From Candidatus Coprenecus sp. (GTDB lineage: Bacteria; Bacteroidota; Bacteroidia; Bacteroidales; UBA932), in assembly GCA_045603545.1 (NCBI GenBank), contig JAZUMG010000030.1, positions 866 through 64,865 of the forward strand: a DNA stretch of 64,000 nt, given 5' to 3'. The number at the start of each line of letters is the position of its first letter. Position 1 is the stretch's first letter. Below the pieces are notes generated by a model. The model was given only the letters and a program-made list of their open reading frames with translations, made no database searches and had not been told where the DNA came from. Of the stretch, positions 46,837 through 55,575 are shown piece by piece. Made by a program: the position numbers and the translations under genes.

Positions 46837-48849
46837 TTAAAGGGTCGCGTATTTTTTACCGTAATGGAGTTGTTGTTTGAGGAAGTTGTCGCAGTATTCC
46901 ACTTTGTAGTCCACAACCTTTCCCTCTTCAACAACAGGAACTATATCAGGATTGATGAATCCGCCATAAGGCTTGAGCTGGAGTGAGGCGTATCTCTCCC
47001 TTACCTCTTTATGCAGGTCGTAGTCGATATATATTGCATATTTCTCCACGAGGGCCTTTCCTGCCTTGAAGTCACCTTCAGATTTGATTCTCTGAACCTC
47101 AGCGAGAAGTTCTCCAAACAGTCCGCGAAGGGCTTCATAATCGTTGACAACAAAATATGTCTTGCCGTCTCTCACCTTTTTCTCCACAACTTTGGCGTCA
47201 GCACCTTTTTCATAGCACCATTCTGCAATAAGTTTTCTGTTCTGCATATGTGCTTCAGTATTGGTCTTACCAAGTTCCACGCGTGAGAACTGGGTGAAAA
47301 GGCCGTTGCGGATATATGAATCGTACTCAGCTTTGTAGGCCTCGTCATCAGGGAGGATGCCGAGTTCCACAAGTTTATGGTCTGCCAGATAGTAGAGGGC
47401 AAAAAGGTCGGCTCTTGCCTCTTCCAGTGTAGAGTTGAACTCTCCGAGGGAGTTGGATGGAGTGGTAGGGAGCAATTGTCCTGAACCGTGGCCAAGGCAT
47501 TCGTGCAGGTCTGTGTGAAGATCTCCGGTCAATGTTCCGTATTTTTTGGCACGGGCAATCTCTGCCTCATCCCATGCAAATTCATTGAGGGCACTTTTTG
47601 GTGACTCCTCTGCTGCTTTGTCATATGCAGATGTGATGTTGGCGATGGTAACCGATTTTGAGCCGTACTCCTTACGGATCCAGTCTGCATTAGGGAGGTT
47701 GATGCCGATAGGTGTTGCCGGGTAGCAGTCACCGGCAAGACAAGCCACTGTAATGACTTTGGCTGATACACCTTTTACCTCTTTCTTTTTGAATCGGGGA
47801 TCGATAGGTGAATGGTCCTCGAACCATTGTGCATTGTCAGATATTATCGATGTTCTCTTCGAGGCCTCATTGTCCTTGAAGTTGACAACAGCCTCCCAGG
47901 TGGCTTTCATTCCAAGAGGGTCGTTGTAATCCTCCACGAAGCCGTTTACAAAGTCAATATGGGACTCAGTATCTTGTACCCATGCCACATTGTATTCATC
48001 CCACAATCTCAGGTCGCCACTCTTGTAGTAGGCGATAAGCTTCTGAATATAATCTTTTTGAGTGTCGTTCTCCGCTACAGCGCATGCAGCTTCGAGATTT
48101 TCCACTATTTTTTTGATGGCGGGACCATAAAGACCGTCGATTTTGTATACATCTTCATATATCTTCCCGTTTTTCTTGACAAGTTTGCTGTTGAGACCAT
48201 AAGATATAGGGTGGGGATCTTTGGGGTCCCTCATCTTGTTGTAGAATTTCTGGGCTTCAGCTTTTGTTACACCGTCATAGAAGTTTACTGCGGATGCAAG
48301 GAGAAGGTCTTTCTCTGTACCTGTGTATTTGCGTTGTGGATAGAGATCTGGATCAAAAATTACAGGGAGCAGCTCATCGCATAATGCACCGTCACCTACC
48401 GCCTCCATAAGGGATTTGAAATACTCCTGGGAGCAGGTGGGGATAATTTTGTCCTCAGCGTAGTGGTGGTGGATACCGTTGCTGAAGAGGACCCTTTTGG
48501 CGTACACCAGGAAGTCAGCATAATTGTTGCTGCCTGTATCCCCCTCGTAGTTGTTGAGGATGTTCTCAATCACTTTCCTGATCTGGAGATTGTATTTGAA
48601 ATTCTGGGCCCATAGGATGTCGCGTCCATATTTCGCAGCCTCGCCCAAGTGGTAGATATACTCTTTCTGCTGAAGTGTGAGATCTTCCCAGCCGGGTATC
48701 CTGTAGCGGATGATCTTAAGGTCAGCAAATTCATCTATGAGATATTTGAAATCGTCTTGTCCCTCTTTTGTCTTTGTGTTGTCTGCACAGGAACATGCCA
48801 GCAGACCTACACCTGCAATCAGCAGCATAGTCTTTTTAAAACAGTTCAT
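46837..48849 (-). CDS. Dipeptidyl-peptidase III (M49) lipoprotein
   Basis: Lipobox LLACSC. HECLGHGSG plus EEARADL zinc motifs, matching the HECLGH variant described for Bacteroides thetaiotaomicron DPP III. Confidence 0.88.
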   Translation of the reverse strand: MNCFKKTMLLIAGVGLLACSCADNTKTKEGQDDFKYLIDEFADLKIIRYRIPGWEDLTLQQKEYIYHLGEAAKYGRDILWAQNFKYNLQIRKVIENILNNYEGDTGSNNYADFLVYAKRVLFSNGIHHHYAEDKIIPTCSQEYFKSLMEAVGDGALCDELLPVIFDPDLYPQRKYTGTEKDLLLASAVNFYDGVTKAEAQKFYNKMRDPKDPHPISYGLNSKLVKKNGKIYEDVYKIDGLYGPAIKKIVENLEAACAVAENDTQKDYIQKLIAYYKSGDLRLWDEYNVAWVQDTESHIDFVNGFVEDYNDPLGMKATWEAVVNFKDNEASKRTSIISDNAQWFEDHSPIDPRFKKKEVKGVSAKVITVACLAGDCYPATPIGINLPNADWIRKEYGSKSVTIANITSAYDKAAEESPKSALNEFAWDEAEIARAKKYGTLTGDLHTDLHECLGHGSGQLLPTTPSNSLGEFNSTLEEARADLFALYYLADHKLVELGILPDDEAYKAEYDSYIRNGLFTQFSRVELGKTNTEAHMQNRKLIAEWCYEKGADAKVVEKKVRDGKTYFVVNDYEALRGLFGELLAEVQRIKSEGDFKAGKALVEKYAIYIDYDLHKEVRERYASLQLKPYGGFINPDIVPVVEEGKVVDYKVEYCDNFLKQQLHYGKKYATL

Positions 48850-48861
48850 TGTTAATACTAA

Positions 48862-49128
48862 TTATCCTCTATTTGTTATTATGGATCTTATCGTGTTGAA
48901 AGTCTTGAAGGCAACATTGACCACAGAGTTGCGTGCAGCCACAGATTCAAAGCCCATATAGAGCAACCTGGCAGGGGATACATTCTCCTTTACCACCTGA
49001 ATCTTGTACATTATCATAGCCTCTTGGTGCTCAATCCTTGATGAGAGGAGTTTCCTTTGGAATTTGAGCTCTTTCAAACTCGAGATGCCGGAGTAGTCTG
49101 TTGTGTTATTTGCCTGATTCATTCCCAT
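48862..49128 (-). CDS. Hypothetical 88-aa protein, third gene of the YtxH cluster
   Basis: Overlaps the upstream gene by 23 nt, suggesting translational coupling. Amphipathic, with no TM helix and no recognisable motif. Confidence 0.55.
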   Translation of the reverse strand: MGMNQANNTTDYSGISSLKELKFQRKLLSSRIEHQEAMIMYKIQVVKENVSPARLLYMGFESVAARNSVVNVAFKTFNTIRSIITNRG

Positions 49129-49480
49129 TGTTTTTAAAGAACATACCTATCAATAATTTTACCATACTGTCGGTGAACAGTTTGTGTCTCAGTGCAATCA
49201 GGATAATTGCCGCTACCAGGAAGATCCCCCCGGTAATCAGAGCTCCGAGTGCCTGGGAGTGGAGTAGTGCCCCAATCCACTGGCTGAATGCAAATGCGAA
49301 GAATGCGAATGCCACAGCACCTGTAATTACGGCCAGTATAAATACGATGAGTCTGCTGAAAAGAACAGCAAGGCTCTCTGTCATAGAGAGCTTGCCTTCT
49401 TTTATGCGCAGATCCAAATACTCTTTCAGAGAACTGTAAAGTTCGTCAAGAGGATTTCTGTTTGAATCAAATTCAGCCAT
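49106..49480 (-). CDS. Small two-TM membrane protein, holin-X (holin superfamily III)-like
   Basis: 124 aa. An amphipathic N-terminus is followed by two TM helices (LIVFILAVITGAVAFAFFAFAF; GALITGGIFLVAAIILIAL). The family call is from memory of similar Bacteroidota annotations. Confidence 0.55.
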   Translation of the reverse strand: MAEFDSNRNPLDELYSSLKEYLDLRIKEGKLSMTESLAVLFSRLIVFILAVITGAVAFAFFAFAFSQWIGALLHSQALGALITGGIFLVAAIILIALRHKLFTDSMVKLLIGMFFKNNGNESGK

Positions 49481-49486
49481 ATCCGG

Positions 49487-49696
49487 TTATTCTGCAGGAT
49501 CAGCTGCCACCTCCTGCTCTGCAGGTGCTGCCGGCTCCTCCTGGTTCAACTTTGATTTAAGGTTCTGGTACTCTTTGTCAAGTGTCTCTTTGATCTTCTT
49601 TCTGGTCTCAGTACCATTGTCGGGTGCGAAAAGGATGGCAGCTGCTGCCCCCACGATAGCACCGCCTATGAATGCCAATAATGTGTCACCTTTCAT
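49487..49696 (-). CDS. YtxH domain protein
   Basis: LLAFIGGAIVGAAAAILFAPDNGTETRKKIKE is the canonical YtxH N-terminus. Confidence 0.8.
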   Translation of the reverse strand: MKGDTLLAFIGGAIVGAAAAILFAPDNGTETRKKIKETLDKEYQNLKSKLNQEEPAAPAEQEVAADPAE

Positions 49697-49719
49697 ATTC
49701 TGTCTTTTTTAGTTTGTTA

Positions 49720-49727
49720 CAAATATA
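49720..49727 (-). promoter_or_regulatory. -7 promoter box (TATATTTG on the minus strand) for the YtxH cluster
   Basis: Plus-strand CAAATATA 24 nt upstream of ATG 49696. Confidence 0.5.
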
Positions 49728-49738
49728 ACATAAATTTC

Positions 49739-49746
49739 TATATTTG
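49739..49746 (+). promoter_or_regulatory. -7 promoter box TATATTTG for the C11 peptidase gene
   Basis: Exact TAnnTTTG 22 nt upstream of ATG 49768. Confidence 0.5.
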
Positions 49747-49767
49747 TGGCGTTAATAGATTAATGAT

Positions 49768-50931
49768 ATGCGCATAAGCAAGCTGAATAGAGCAATACTG
49801 TATACGCTGATTTTGTTGTTGCCAACATCGTGCCATTGGTTTTCTCCGAAGGAGGAGACAGTAGAGCGCTCACTGCTGATATATACCGTCATAACTTCAA
49901 ACCTCTCATCATCAATAAAGGAGAACATACAGGACATAAAAAAATCTCCACACGTCCCCAAGGATTTCGATCTCAGAAAAGAATCCGGAGATGTCCTTCT
50001 CATCCTTGAACACTACGAGGGTGATGTACCCCGTCTGAAAAGATTGTCAATGGACAAATACGGGGTGGTCAATGAGGAGATACTGATGGAGTATGAGGGG
50101 CGCAGTTCCATTGAGACAGAGTTGCTGCACGAGATTCTGGTCTATGTGGATTCAATATTTCCTGCACAGGAGTCGGGGATACTCTTCTCCTCCCACGGTT
50201 CGGGATGGACACCGGTTGACTATTACAGGAACCCGGTAGTAAAAAGTTTCGGACAGATGGACAGAAAAGAGATGGATATTATGGAACTTGCATCTGCAAT
50301 ACCCCAAAAATACTCATACATAATGTTTGATGCCTGCCTGATGGCCGGTATCGAGGTGGCATATGAACTGAAGGACAAGGCTGAGTATCTGGTCCTCTCA
50401 CCCACAGAGATAATGGCGGCAGGTTTCCCTTTGGGAGATGTGATCGAGCAGGCTTTCTACTCTGAAGCCCCCCTCCAGGAGAGGGTCTCATCTGTGGCCA
50501 GCAGTTATTATGATTACTACAATGCGGCAGGTACAGGCGGGGGGACCATCTGCGTGGTCAGGACAGACAATCTTCCTCAGGTGGCTGCTGCGGCAAAGGC
50601 TATTTTCGCCAAGGACAGGGAGCGCATAAAAACCTTGAATATGAAGAACCTGCAGCGATATTACAGGGGAGACAGACACTGGTTCTATGATTTGGGGCAC
50701 TTTATGGAGAACCTCTCTTCAGACAAGGGGTTGTATGACTCCTTCTGTGCTGCAATGAACGGTGCAGTAGTGGCAAAGTATGCCACAGAAAAATTCTTGA
50801 GCATAGATATAAGAAACTTCTCAGGTTTGAGCATATATGTTCCCAATCCATCCAATGAATACCTCGACAACTACTATATGGGGTATGCCTGGAACAGGGA
50901 TGTGGGGATGATTCAGCAGGTCATCAAATAA
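49768..50931 (+). CDS. Clostripain-related (C11 family) cysteine peptidase lipoprotein
   Basis: Lipobox LLLPTSC. Catalytic His context LFSSHGSGW and Cys context IMFDACLMAG. Confidence 0.8.
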   Translation: MRISKLNRAILYTLILLLPTSCHWFSPKEETVERSLLIYTVITSNLSSSIKENIQDIKKSPHVPKDFDLRKESGDVLLILEHYEGDVPRLKRLSMDKYGVVNEEILMEYEGRSSIETELLHEILVYVDSIFPAQESGILFSSHGSGWTPVDYYRNPVVKSFGQMDRKEMDIMELASAIPQKYSYIMFDACLMAGIEVAYELKDKAEYLVLSPTEIMAAGFPLGDVIEQAFYSEAPLQERVSSVASSYYDYYNAAGTGGGTICVVRTDNLPQVAAAAKAIFAKDRERIKTLNMKNLQRYYRGDRHWFYDLGHFMENLSSDKGLYDSFCAAMNGAVVAKYATEKFLSIDIRNFSGLSIYVPNPSNEYLDNYYMGYAWNRDVGMIQQVIK

Positions 50932-50967
50932 TGATGATTAAATAATTTGATTATCAATAATTTTTTC

Positions 50968-50975
50968 TACCTTTG
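50968..50975 (+). promoter_or_regulatory. -7 promoter box TACCTTTG for rplY-pth
   Basis: Exact TAnnTTTG 86 nt upstream of ATG 51061. Confidence 0.5.
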
Positions 50976-50984
50976 CAGCCCACA

Positions 50985-51032
50985 AAAAAGGGGCTTCCCT
51001 TTTTGGTGCAATGGGGTTCGGAAAATCCGAAC
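50985..51032 (+). promoter_or_regulatory. Structured 5' leader of rplY (two hairpins)
   Basis: AAAAAGGG/CCCTTTTT hairpin (about 50985-51004) and a perfect 7-bp hairpin GTTCGGA-AAA-TCCGAAC (51016-51032). Confidence 0.4.
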
Positions 51033-51060
51033 TGAGTAACACATTTTTAAAAATCAAATT

Positions 51061-51630
51061 ATGCAACAAATTACTATCAACGGTAAAAACAGAGTTCTTG
51101 GTAAGAAATCTGATGTTAAACACCTTCGTAAAGAGGGTCAAGTTCCTTGTGTATTGTACGGTGCAGGTGTAGAGAACGTTATCTTCTCTATCTCAGCAAA
51201 AGATCTTAAACTTATCACCCACACCCCTAACAGCTACATCATCAACCTTGATATCGAGGGTAAATCTTACCTTGCTGTTTTCCACGCTATCCAATATCAT
51301 CCAATCAGCGATGAGGCTCTTCACGTTGACTTCCTTGCAGTATCAGAGGACAAACCTGTAGTTATTGCAATCCCTGTTAAAGTTGAAGGTCACTCAGAAG
51401 GTGTTAAACAAGGTGGTAAGCTTGTACCAGGTGCACGCAAAATCAAAGTTAGCGGTCTTATCAAAGATCTTCCTGACACACTTCCTGTAGATATCACCAA
51501 CCTTACTATCGGCAAACAGATCAACGCTGGTGATCTTTCTTACGACAACATCCAGATCGTAAGCCCTAAGACCACTATGGTATGTGCAGTTAAAGCAACC
51601 CGTGCTTCTGCAGCTGCTGCTAAAGCTTAA
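51061..51630 (+). CDS. rplY: 50S ribosomal protein L25 / general stress protein Ctc
   Basis: 189 aa; RKEGQVPCVLYG, HPISDEALHVDF, and a C-terminal Ctc-type domain. Confidence 0.93.
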   Translation: MQQITINGKNRVLGKKSDVKHLRKEGQVPCVLYGAGVENVIFSISAKDLKLITHTPNSYIINLDIEGKSYLAVFHAIQYHPISDEALHVDFLAVSEDKPVVIAIPVKVEGHSEGVKQGGKLVPGARKIKVSGLIKDLPDTLPVDITNLTIGKQINAGDLSYDNIQIVSPKTTMVCAVKATRASAAAAKA

Positions 51631-51653
51631 TCCTGAATTGATACGGAGAGGGT

Positions 51654-52250
51654 ATGAACTATTTGGTAGTCGGTCTTGGTAATATCGGTTTCGAATATGT
51701 TGACACCCGACATAATATAGGATTTTCAGTGTTGGATGCCTGGGCTCAGGCGTCCAACACTTCTTTTAGTACCAAACGCTATGGAGATGTGGCTGAGGTA
51801 CGATTCAAAGGGCACTCATTCACACTGCTCAAGCCCTCCACCTATATGAATCTGAGTGGTAAAGCTGTGAACTACTGGTTGCAGCAGAGCAAAATTCCTG
51901 TTGAAAGGCTATTGGTAATTGTTGACGATATGGCGCTCCCCATCGGCCATCTGAGGCTGAGAAAAAAGGGTAGCGACGGAGGCCACAATGGCCTGGCCAA
52001 TATAGCCCAGATGATTGGTACTGAGAGTTATTGTCGCCTGAGAATAGGCATCGGGTCCCATATGGGTTTTGGCTCACAGGTCGATTTTGTACTTGGCAAA
52101 TGGACCGCTGAGGAGAAAGCCGAACTCAAACCTGCTATAGAGAGAGCCATAGAGGTGATAAAGGCATTCGGTACAATAGGTGTGGATAGGGCAATGAACC
52201 AGTACAATACAAAGGGTGCCCCGTCAGAGCCAAAGGCTACCAATCAATAA
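51654..52250 (+). CDS. pth: Peptidyl-tRNA hydrolase
   Basis: LVVGLGNIGFEYVDTRHNIGF, TYMNLSG, DDMALPIGHLRLRKKGSDGGHNG. Confidence 0.96.
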   Translation: MNYLVVGLGNIGFEYVDTRHNIGFSVLDAWAQASNTSFSTKRYGDVAEVRFKGHSFTLLKPSTYMNLSGKAVNYWLQQSKIPVERLLVIVDDMALPIGHLRLRKKGSDGGHNGLANIAQMIGTESYCRLRIGIGSHMGFGSQVDFVLGKWTAEEKAELKPAIERAIEVIKAFGTIGVDRAMNQYNTKGAPSEPKATNQ

Positions 52251-52614
52251 ATTTCTCAAGATCTCTCCTCTCTTTCTTGGTGGGTCTCCCTGTACCCCTG
52301 TCCCTTTTTACAAAGATTGTTTCAAATGGAGCATTGAGTTTGTCAAGTTCCTCCTGTGGAGTTATATCCTCTGCGAATTGTGAAACAGCTTTTGCCCCCT
52401 GTCTGTTCCCTATGGGGATAATGACTCTCCATTGGTAGTGAACACTCCCTTTGCGGACTTCGATTATGTCATTCTCCTTGATATCCTTGGAGGGCTTGGC
52501 CTCGGCTCCATTTACTTTGACCTTCCCGCTTTTGCACGCTTCTGTCGCTTCAGAGCGAGTCTTGTACACCCTGATGGCCCAAAGAAATTTGTCCAGGCGT
52601 TCCTCTATCTTCAT
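52237..52614 (-). CDS. S4-domain RNA-binding protein (Hsp15-like)
   Basis: Start set at ATG 52614 (MKIEERLDKFLWAIRVYKTRSEA...KVKVNG). The track's 23-codon extension overlaps the manA 3' end. Confidence 0.82.
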   Translation of the reverse strand: MKIEERLDKFLWAIRVYKTRSEATEACKSGKVKVNGAEAKPSKDIKENDIIEVRKGSVHYQWRVIIPIGNRQGAKAVSQFAEDITPQEELDKLNAPFETIFVKRDRGTGRPTKKERRDLEKFIDW

Positions 52615-52615
52615 A

Positions 52616-53662
52616 TCAGTGCTTGTGGTCGTGGCAGCCGCAGGTGCATCCCTCTTCGTGATGGTGATGCTCCTCTTCTGCAATGTATGAATCTGTCTCT
52701 TCCTGTTTTACTATATATACCTCCAGCAGGGTAGTTCCGTTCTGGGTAGGGGTGAGGATGAAATCCTTATAGCCGGCAGGTACCATTACCCATTCACCCT
52801 CTGAAATGGTGCACTCCCCTTCGCCAATTTGGGCACCCCCCTTGACGCAGCAGTAGAGGATAAAGCTCTCGTATTTCTCTGTATATATATGAAGAGGGTC
52901 ACTCAAATCAAGGGATGTTACCTTAAAGTAAGGATTCTCTGTAAGGATATGCTGTTCATGTCTGTGCGAGGCTGGGATATAGTTTGTGTCTGCATCGAAT
53001 TTTGAGTAATTGATGCAGTCAAATGCCAGTTCGTGGTGCATCTGGCGGGCAGTCTTGGGATTGTTCTCCCTCCCCCAGTCGTAAAGCCTGTATGTGACGT
53101 CGCAAATCTGTGCAATCTCAGCAATGACAAGCCCATTTCCTGCCGAGTGGACAGTCCCGGGCTCAATGTAGAAGAAATCACCTTTTTTAGGGTGGAAACA
53201 GTTGAGGCACTCCTCTACCTTGCCCTCCTTGCACCTTTGGTAGAACTCATTGGGGTCCATATCCCTGTTGAATCCCATATATATTACGGAGTCCTCCTTC
53301 GCATCAAGAATGTACCACGCCTCACTTTTGCCGTATGAATTGTGTCTGTCATATGCAGTCTCATCGTCGGGGTGTACCTGTACCGAAAGTTTGTCCTTGA
53401 TGTCAAGAATTTTTATAAGTAGAGGGAACTCGTTTCCGAAATATTTGTAGGTCTCATCACCTACGATCTCCCCCATATATGTCTCTATGATATCGTAAAG
53501 GGCATTCCCTTCAAGATATCCGTTAGAAATGTCAGAACTCTCCTCTTCAAATCCGGAAATCACCCATGACTCACCGATGGAGGAACCGAACCTGTTGCCC
53601 CCCCAAACCCTCTCTTTCGGTATGGATTTGAATTTAAGCGGATATAACTGTTTCTTGCTCAT
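52616..53662 (-). CDS. manA: Class I mannose-6-phosphate isomerase with a His/Cys-rich C-terminal tail
   Basis: Start set at ATG 53662 (MSKKQLYPLKFKSIPKERVWGG). LSVQVHPDD, EAWYIL and GTVHSAGNG motifs; tail EEEHHHHEEGCTCGCHDHKH. Confidence 0.88.
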   Translation of the reverse strand: MSKKQLYPLKFKSIPKERVWGGNRFGSSIGESWVISGFEEESSDISNGYLEGNALYDIIETYMGEIVGDETYKYFGNEFPLLIKILDIKDKLSVQVHPDDETAYDRHNSYGKSEAWYILDAKEDSVIYMGFNRDMDPNEFYQRCKEGKVEECLNCFHPKKGDFFYIEPGTVHSAGNGLVIAEIAQICDVTYRLYDWGRENNPKTARQMHHELAFDCINYSKFDADTNYIPASHRHEQHILTENPYFKVTSLDLSDPLHIYTEKYESFILYCCVKGGAQIGEGECTISEGEWVMVPAGYKDFILTPTQNGTTLLEVYIVKQEETDSYIAEEEHHHHEEGCTCGCHDHKH

Positions 53663-54473
53663 TGCGTTTCCCAACGAATTTTGTAATTGTAAAATATGAT
53701 AGTGCCAATACGGCAATTGATATTGCAAATATAGCGAAATAGATTTGAGAATCCCCTATCATCCCTCTGAAGGTGGCGTCTGATGGTACCTCCGGGAAGA
53801 GGTAGTACAGAAGTGTGGAGAGTGAGTTGTTGAGGATGTGGAGCACTATAGGGACCCAGATGCATCTGGTTTTATAGTACATGTAGCCCAGAAGAAGACC
53901 CACAAGGATAGCGGGAATCGCTTGCCATGGATTCATATGGAGGATTCCGAAGATGATGGACGACCATATTATTGCCTTGGCGGGGTGTTTCCCATTTTCA
54001 ATCATACCTCTCAGCATCAGACCTCTGCATAGAATTTCCTCCATAATGGGGGCACATATGCAGGTGGTGAGTATCGAGCACCAGGCATTCTCTCCTAGTG
54101 CGGTGCTTTTCATCAGCTGGTCAAACCACTCCGGTGTGGTAAGGGCGGCGCTTGCAGGTTCTGTGACGATAAGGTATGCTACCAGTATGAAAGGGAGAAG
54201 TGCAAAAAGGATAGCGGGGTGTAACCTGCCGAAATAGGGATCGTTGATTTTGTATTTTGGTGAGTATTGCTCCCTTGTGACCTTGAGCCAGGCATATACA
54301 AATGCGGGGCTGAGGGTGAGTATATATGCCAGAAATGTAGATATTATCTCGATATCCTTTACCTGTGGAAATGTGGTAGGGAGGGCCAGAATGGTTCCGC
54401 ACAACACAACACATAGAAACAGGATAAAACTCTCCTTGAGTGTGGGGGTAAATGAAAATAATCTGTTAAACAT
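53634..54473 (-). CDS. CPBP family intramembrane glutamic endopeptidase (CAAX protease/Abi type)
   Basis: PIMEEILCRG (EExxxR), FGILH and VLHILNN motifs; multiple TM helices. Confidence 0.85.
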   Translation of the reverse strand: MFNRLFSFTPTLKESFILFLCVVLCGTILALPTTFPQVKDIEIISTFLAYILTLSPAFVYAWLKVTREQYSPKYKINDPYFGRLHPAILFALLPFILVAYLIVTEPASAALTTPEWFDQLMKSTALGENAWCSILTTCICAPIMEEILCRGLMLRGMIENGKHPAKAIIWSSIIFGILHMNPWQAIPAILVGLLLGYMYYKTRCIWVPIVLHILNNSLSTLLYYLFPEVPSDATFRGMIGDSQIYFAIFAISIAVLALSYFTITKFVGKRNEQETVISA

Positions 54474-54476
54474 AAT

Positions 54477-54782
54477 TTATTCAACGATAAAAACCTCTTC
54501 GTTCTCTTTCAGGAAGTAATAGTGCTCGCGTGCATATTTCTCCAGAGAGTCCAGGTCTGATGTAAGTTCCTTGATTTTGTCGTCAGTCTTCCTTATCTCT
54601 TCGCGATATTGACGTATTATCTTCTCCTGTTGGTAGATGTTGTATTTGTTCTCTATCCACCTGATAGCGTTGTTTTTGCTGACGAAAAGGATGCTTATGA
54701 CAAAGGCCATGGTCACTATGAAAAATTTATTGAGCAAGACCCGGAAAAAGCGGGACCTCTCCTTCAATGCCGATATTTTCAT
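54477..54782 (-). CDS. Septum formation initiator (FtsB/DivIC-like) protein
   Basis: Start set at ATG 54782. One TM helix is followed by a coiled coil (QQEKIIRQYREEIRKTDDKIKELTSDLDSLEKYAREHYY). Confidence 0.72.
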   Translation of the reverse strand: MKISALKERSRFFRVLLNKFFIVTMAFVISILFVSKNNAIRWIENKYNIYQQEKIIRQYREEIRKTDDKIKELTSDLDSLEKYAREHYYFLKENEEVFIVE

Positions 54783-54817
54783 TTTTAGACCCATAGTGCA
54801 AAAGTACAATTTTTTCT

Positions 54818-55570
54818 CTAATTAATGTGGAAGAGTGTCAGCTCTGCTGACTCGAATGTGGCGTCGGGTGACGGTTTCCCCTTGGGGTTGTAGAAGAATT
54901 GGTCTATGCCGAAATCTTTGGCTCCGATGATGTCATTTGTAGGGTCGTCTCCGATCATCAGGGTAGCCTCTTTGGCCTCAATCCATCCGGAAGGGTTTTC
55001 AGCTTCGGTAAAGCCGCAGAGCCTCTCAAGGGCGATTCTGAATATGTTGGGGTCGGGCTTCTGGTACCCCACCTCTTCCGAAATGACCACTTCGCTGAAG
55101 TATTGGCGGATGCCGCTCCGTTCAAGTTTGTGGTATTGGACCTCTTTGAAACCATTGCTCAGGACAGCCATCTTCCCGCCGAGGGACTCAATGTGTGCAA
55201 GCATCTCCCGTGCACCGGGGATCAGTTCCTTTTCGCAAATCATCTGAGCGAGGTAATCATCCCCAAAATGTTTGGCAAACTCCTCATCATGAAGACCATA
55301 CAGTTCAAAAGCTGCATAGAATCTGAACCAGCGGAGTTTGTCTTTGGTGAGTTCTCCAGATTCGTATTGGGCCCACAGTTTGTGGTTGAGGATGTCGTAT
55401 TTTTCGAAAAAGATGTGTTTGTATCCGGCATCTCCACCTTCGCCATTACAGATGGCCTTGTCCAGATGGGGATACTTGCCTATCAAATGGCAAATCGCCC
55501 GCTCGGAATTTTTGTCAAAATCCCAGAGCGTGCGATCTATGTCTATGAGGTAGTACCTGTACCCTTTCAT
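54818..55570 (-). CDS. HAD superfamily hydrolase (YjjG-like nucleotidase subfamily)
   Basis: YLIDIDRTLWDF (DxD motif), LSNG, KPDPNIF, MIGDDPTNDIIGA. Confidence 0.85.
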   Translation of the reverse strand: MKGYRYYLIDIDRTLWDFDKNSERAICHLIGKYPHLDKAICNGEGGDAGYKHIFFEKYDILNHKLWAQYESGELTKDKLRWFRFYAAFELYGLHDEEFAKHFGDDYLAQMICEKELIPGAREMLAHIESLGGKMAVLSNGFKEVQYHKLERSGIRQYFSEVVISEEVGYQKPDPNIFRIALERLCGFTEAENPSGWIEAKEATLMIGDDPTNDIIGAKDFGIDQFFYNPKGKPSPDATFESAELTLFHIN

Positions 55571-55575
55571 CTTGA

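Noticed and set aside
52615-52683. 23-codon upstream extension of the S4-domain ORF and similar extensions on M28 (22974), PduO (37659), PCMD (41756), M6 (41913), manA (53728) and the response regulator (60085)
   Set aside because: Each extension overlaps the neighbouring gene or lacks family similarity. Each has an internal Met that restores a canonical N-terminus or signal peptide.
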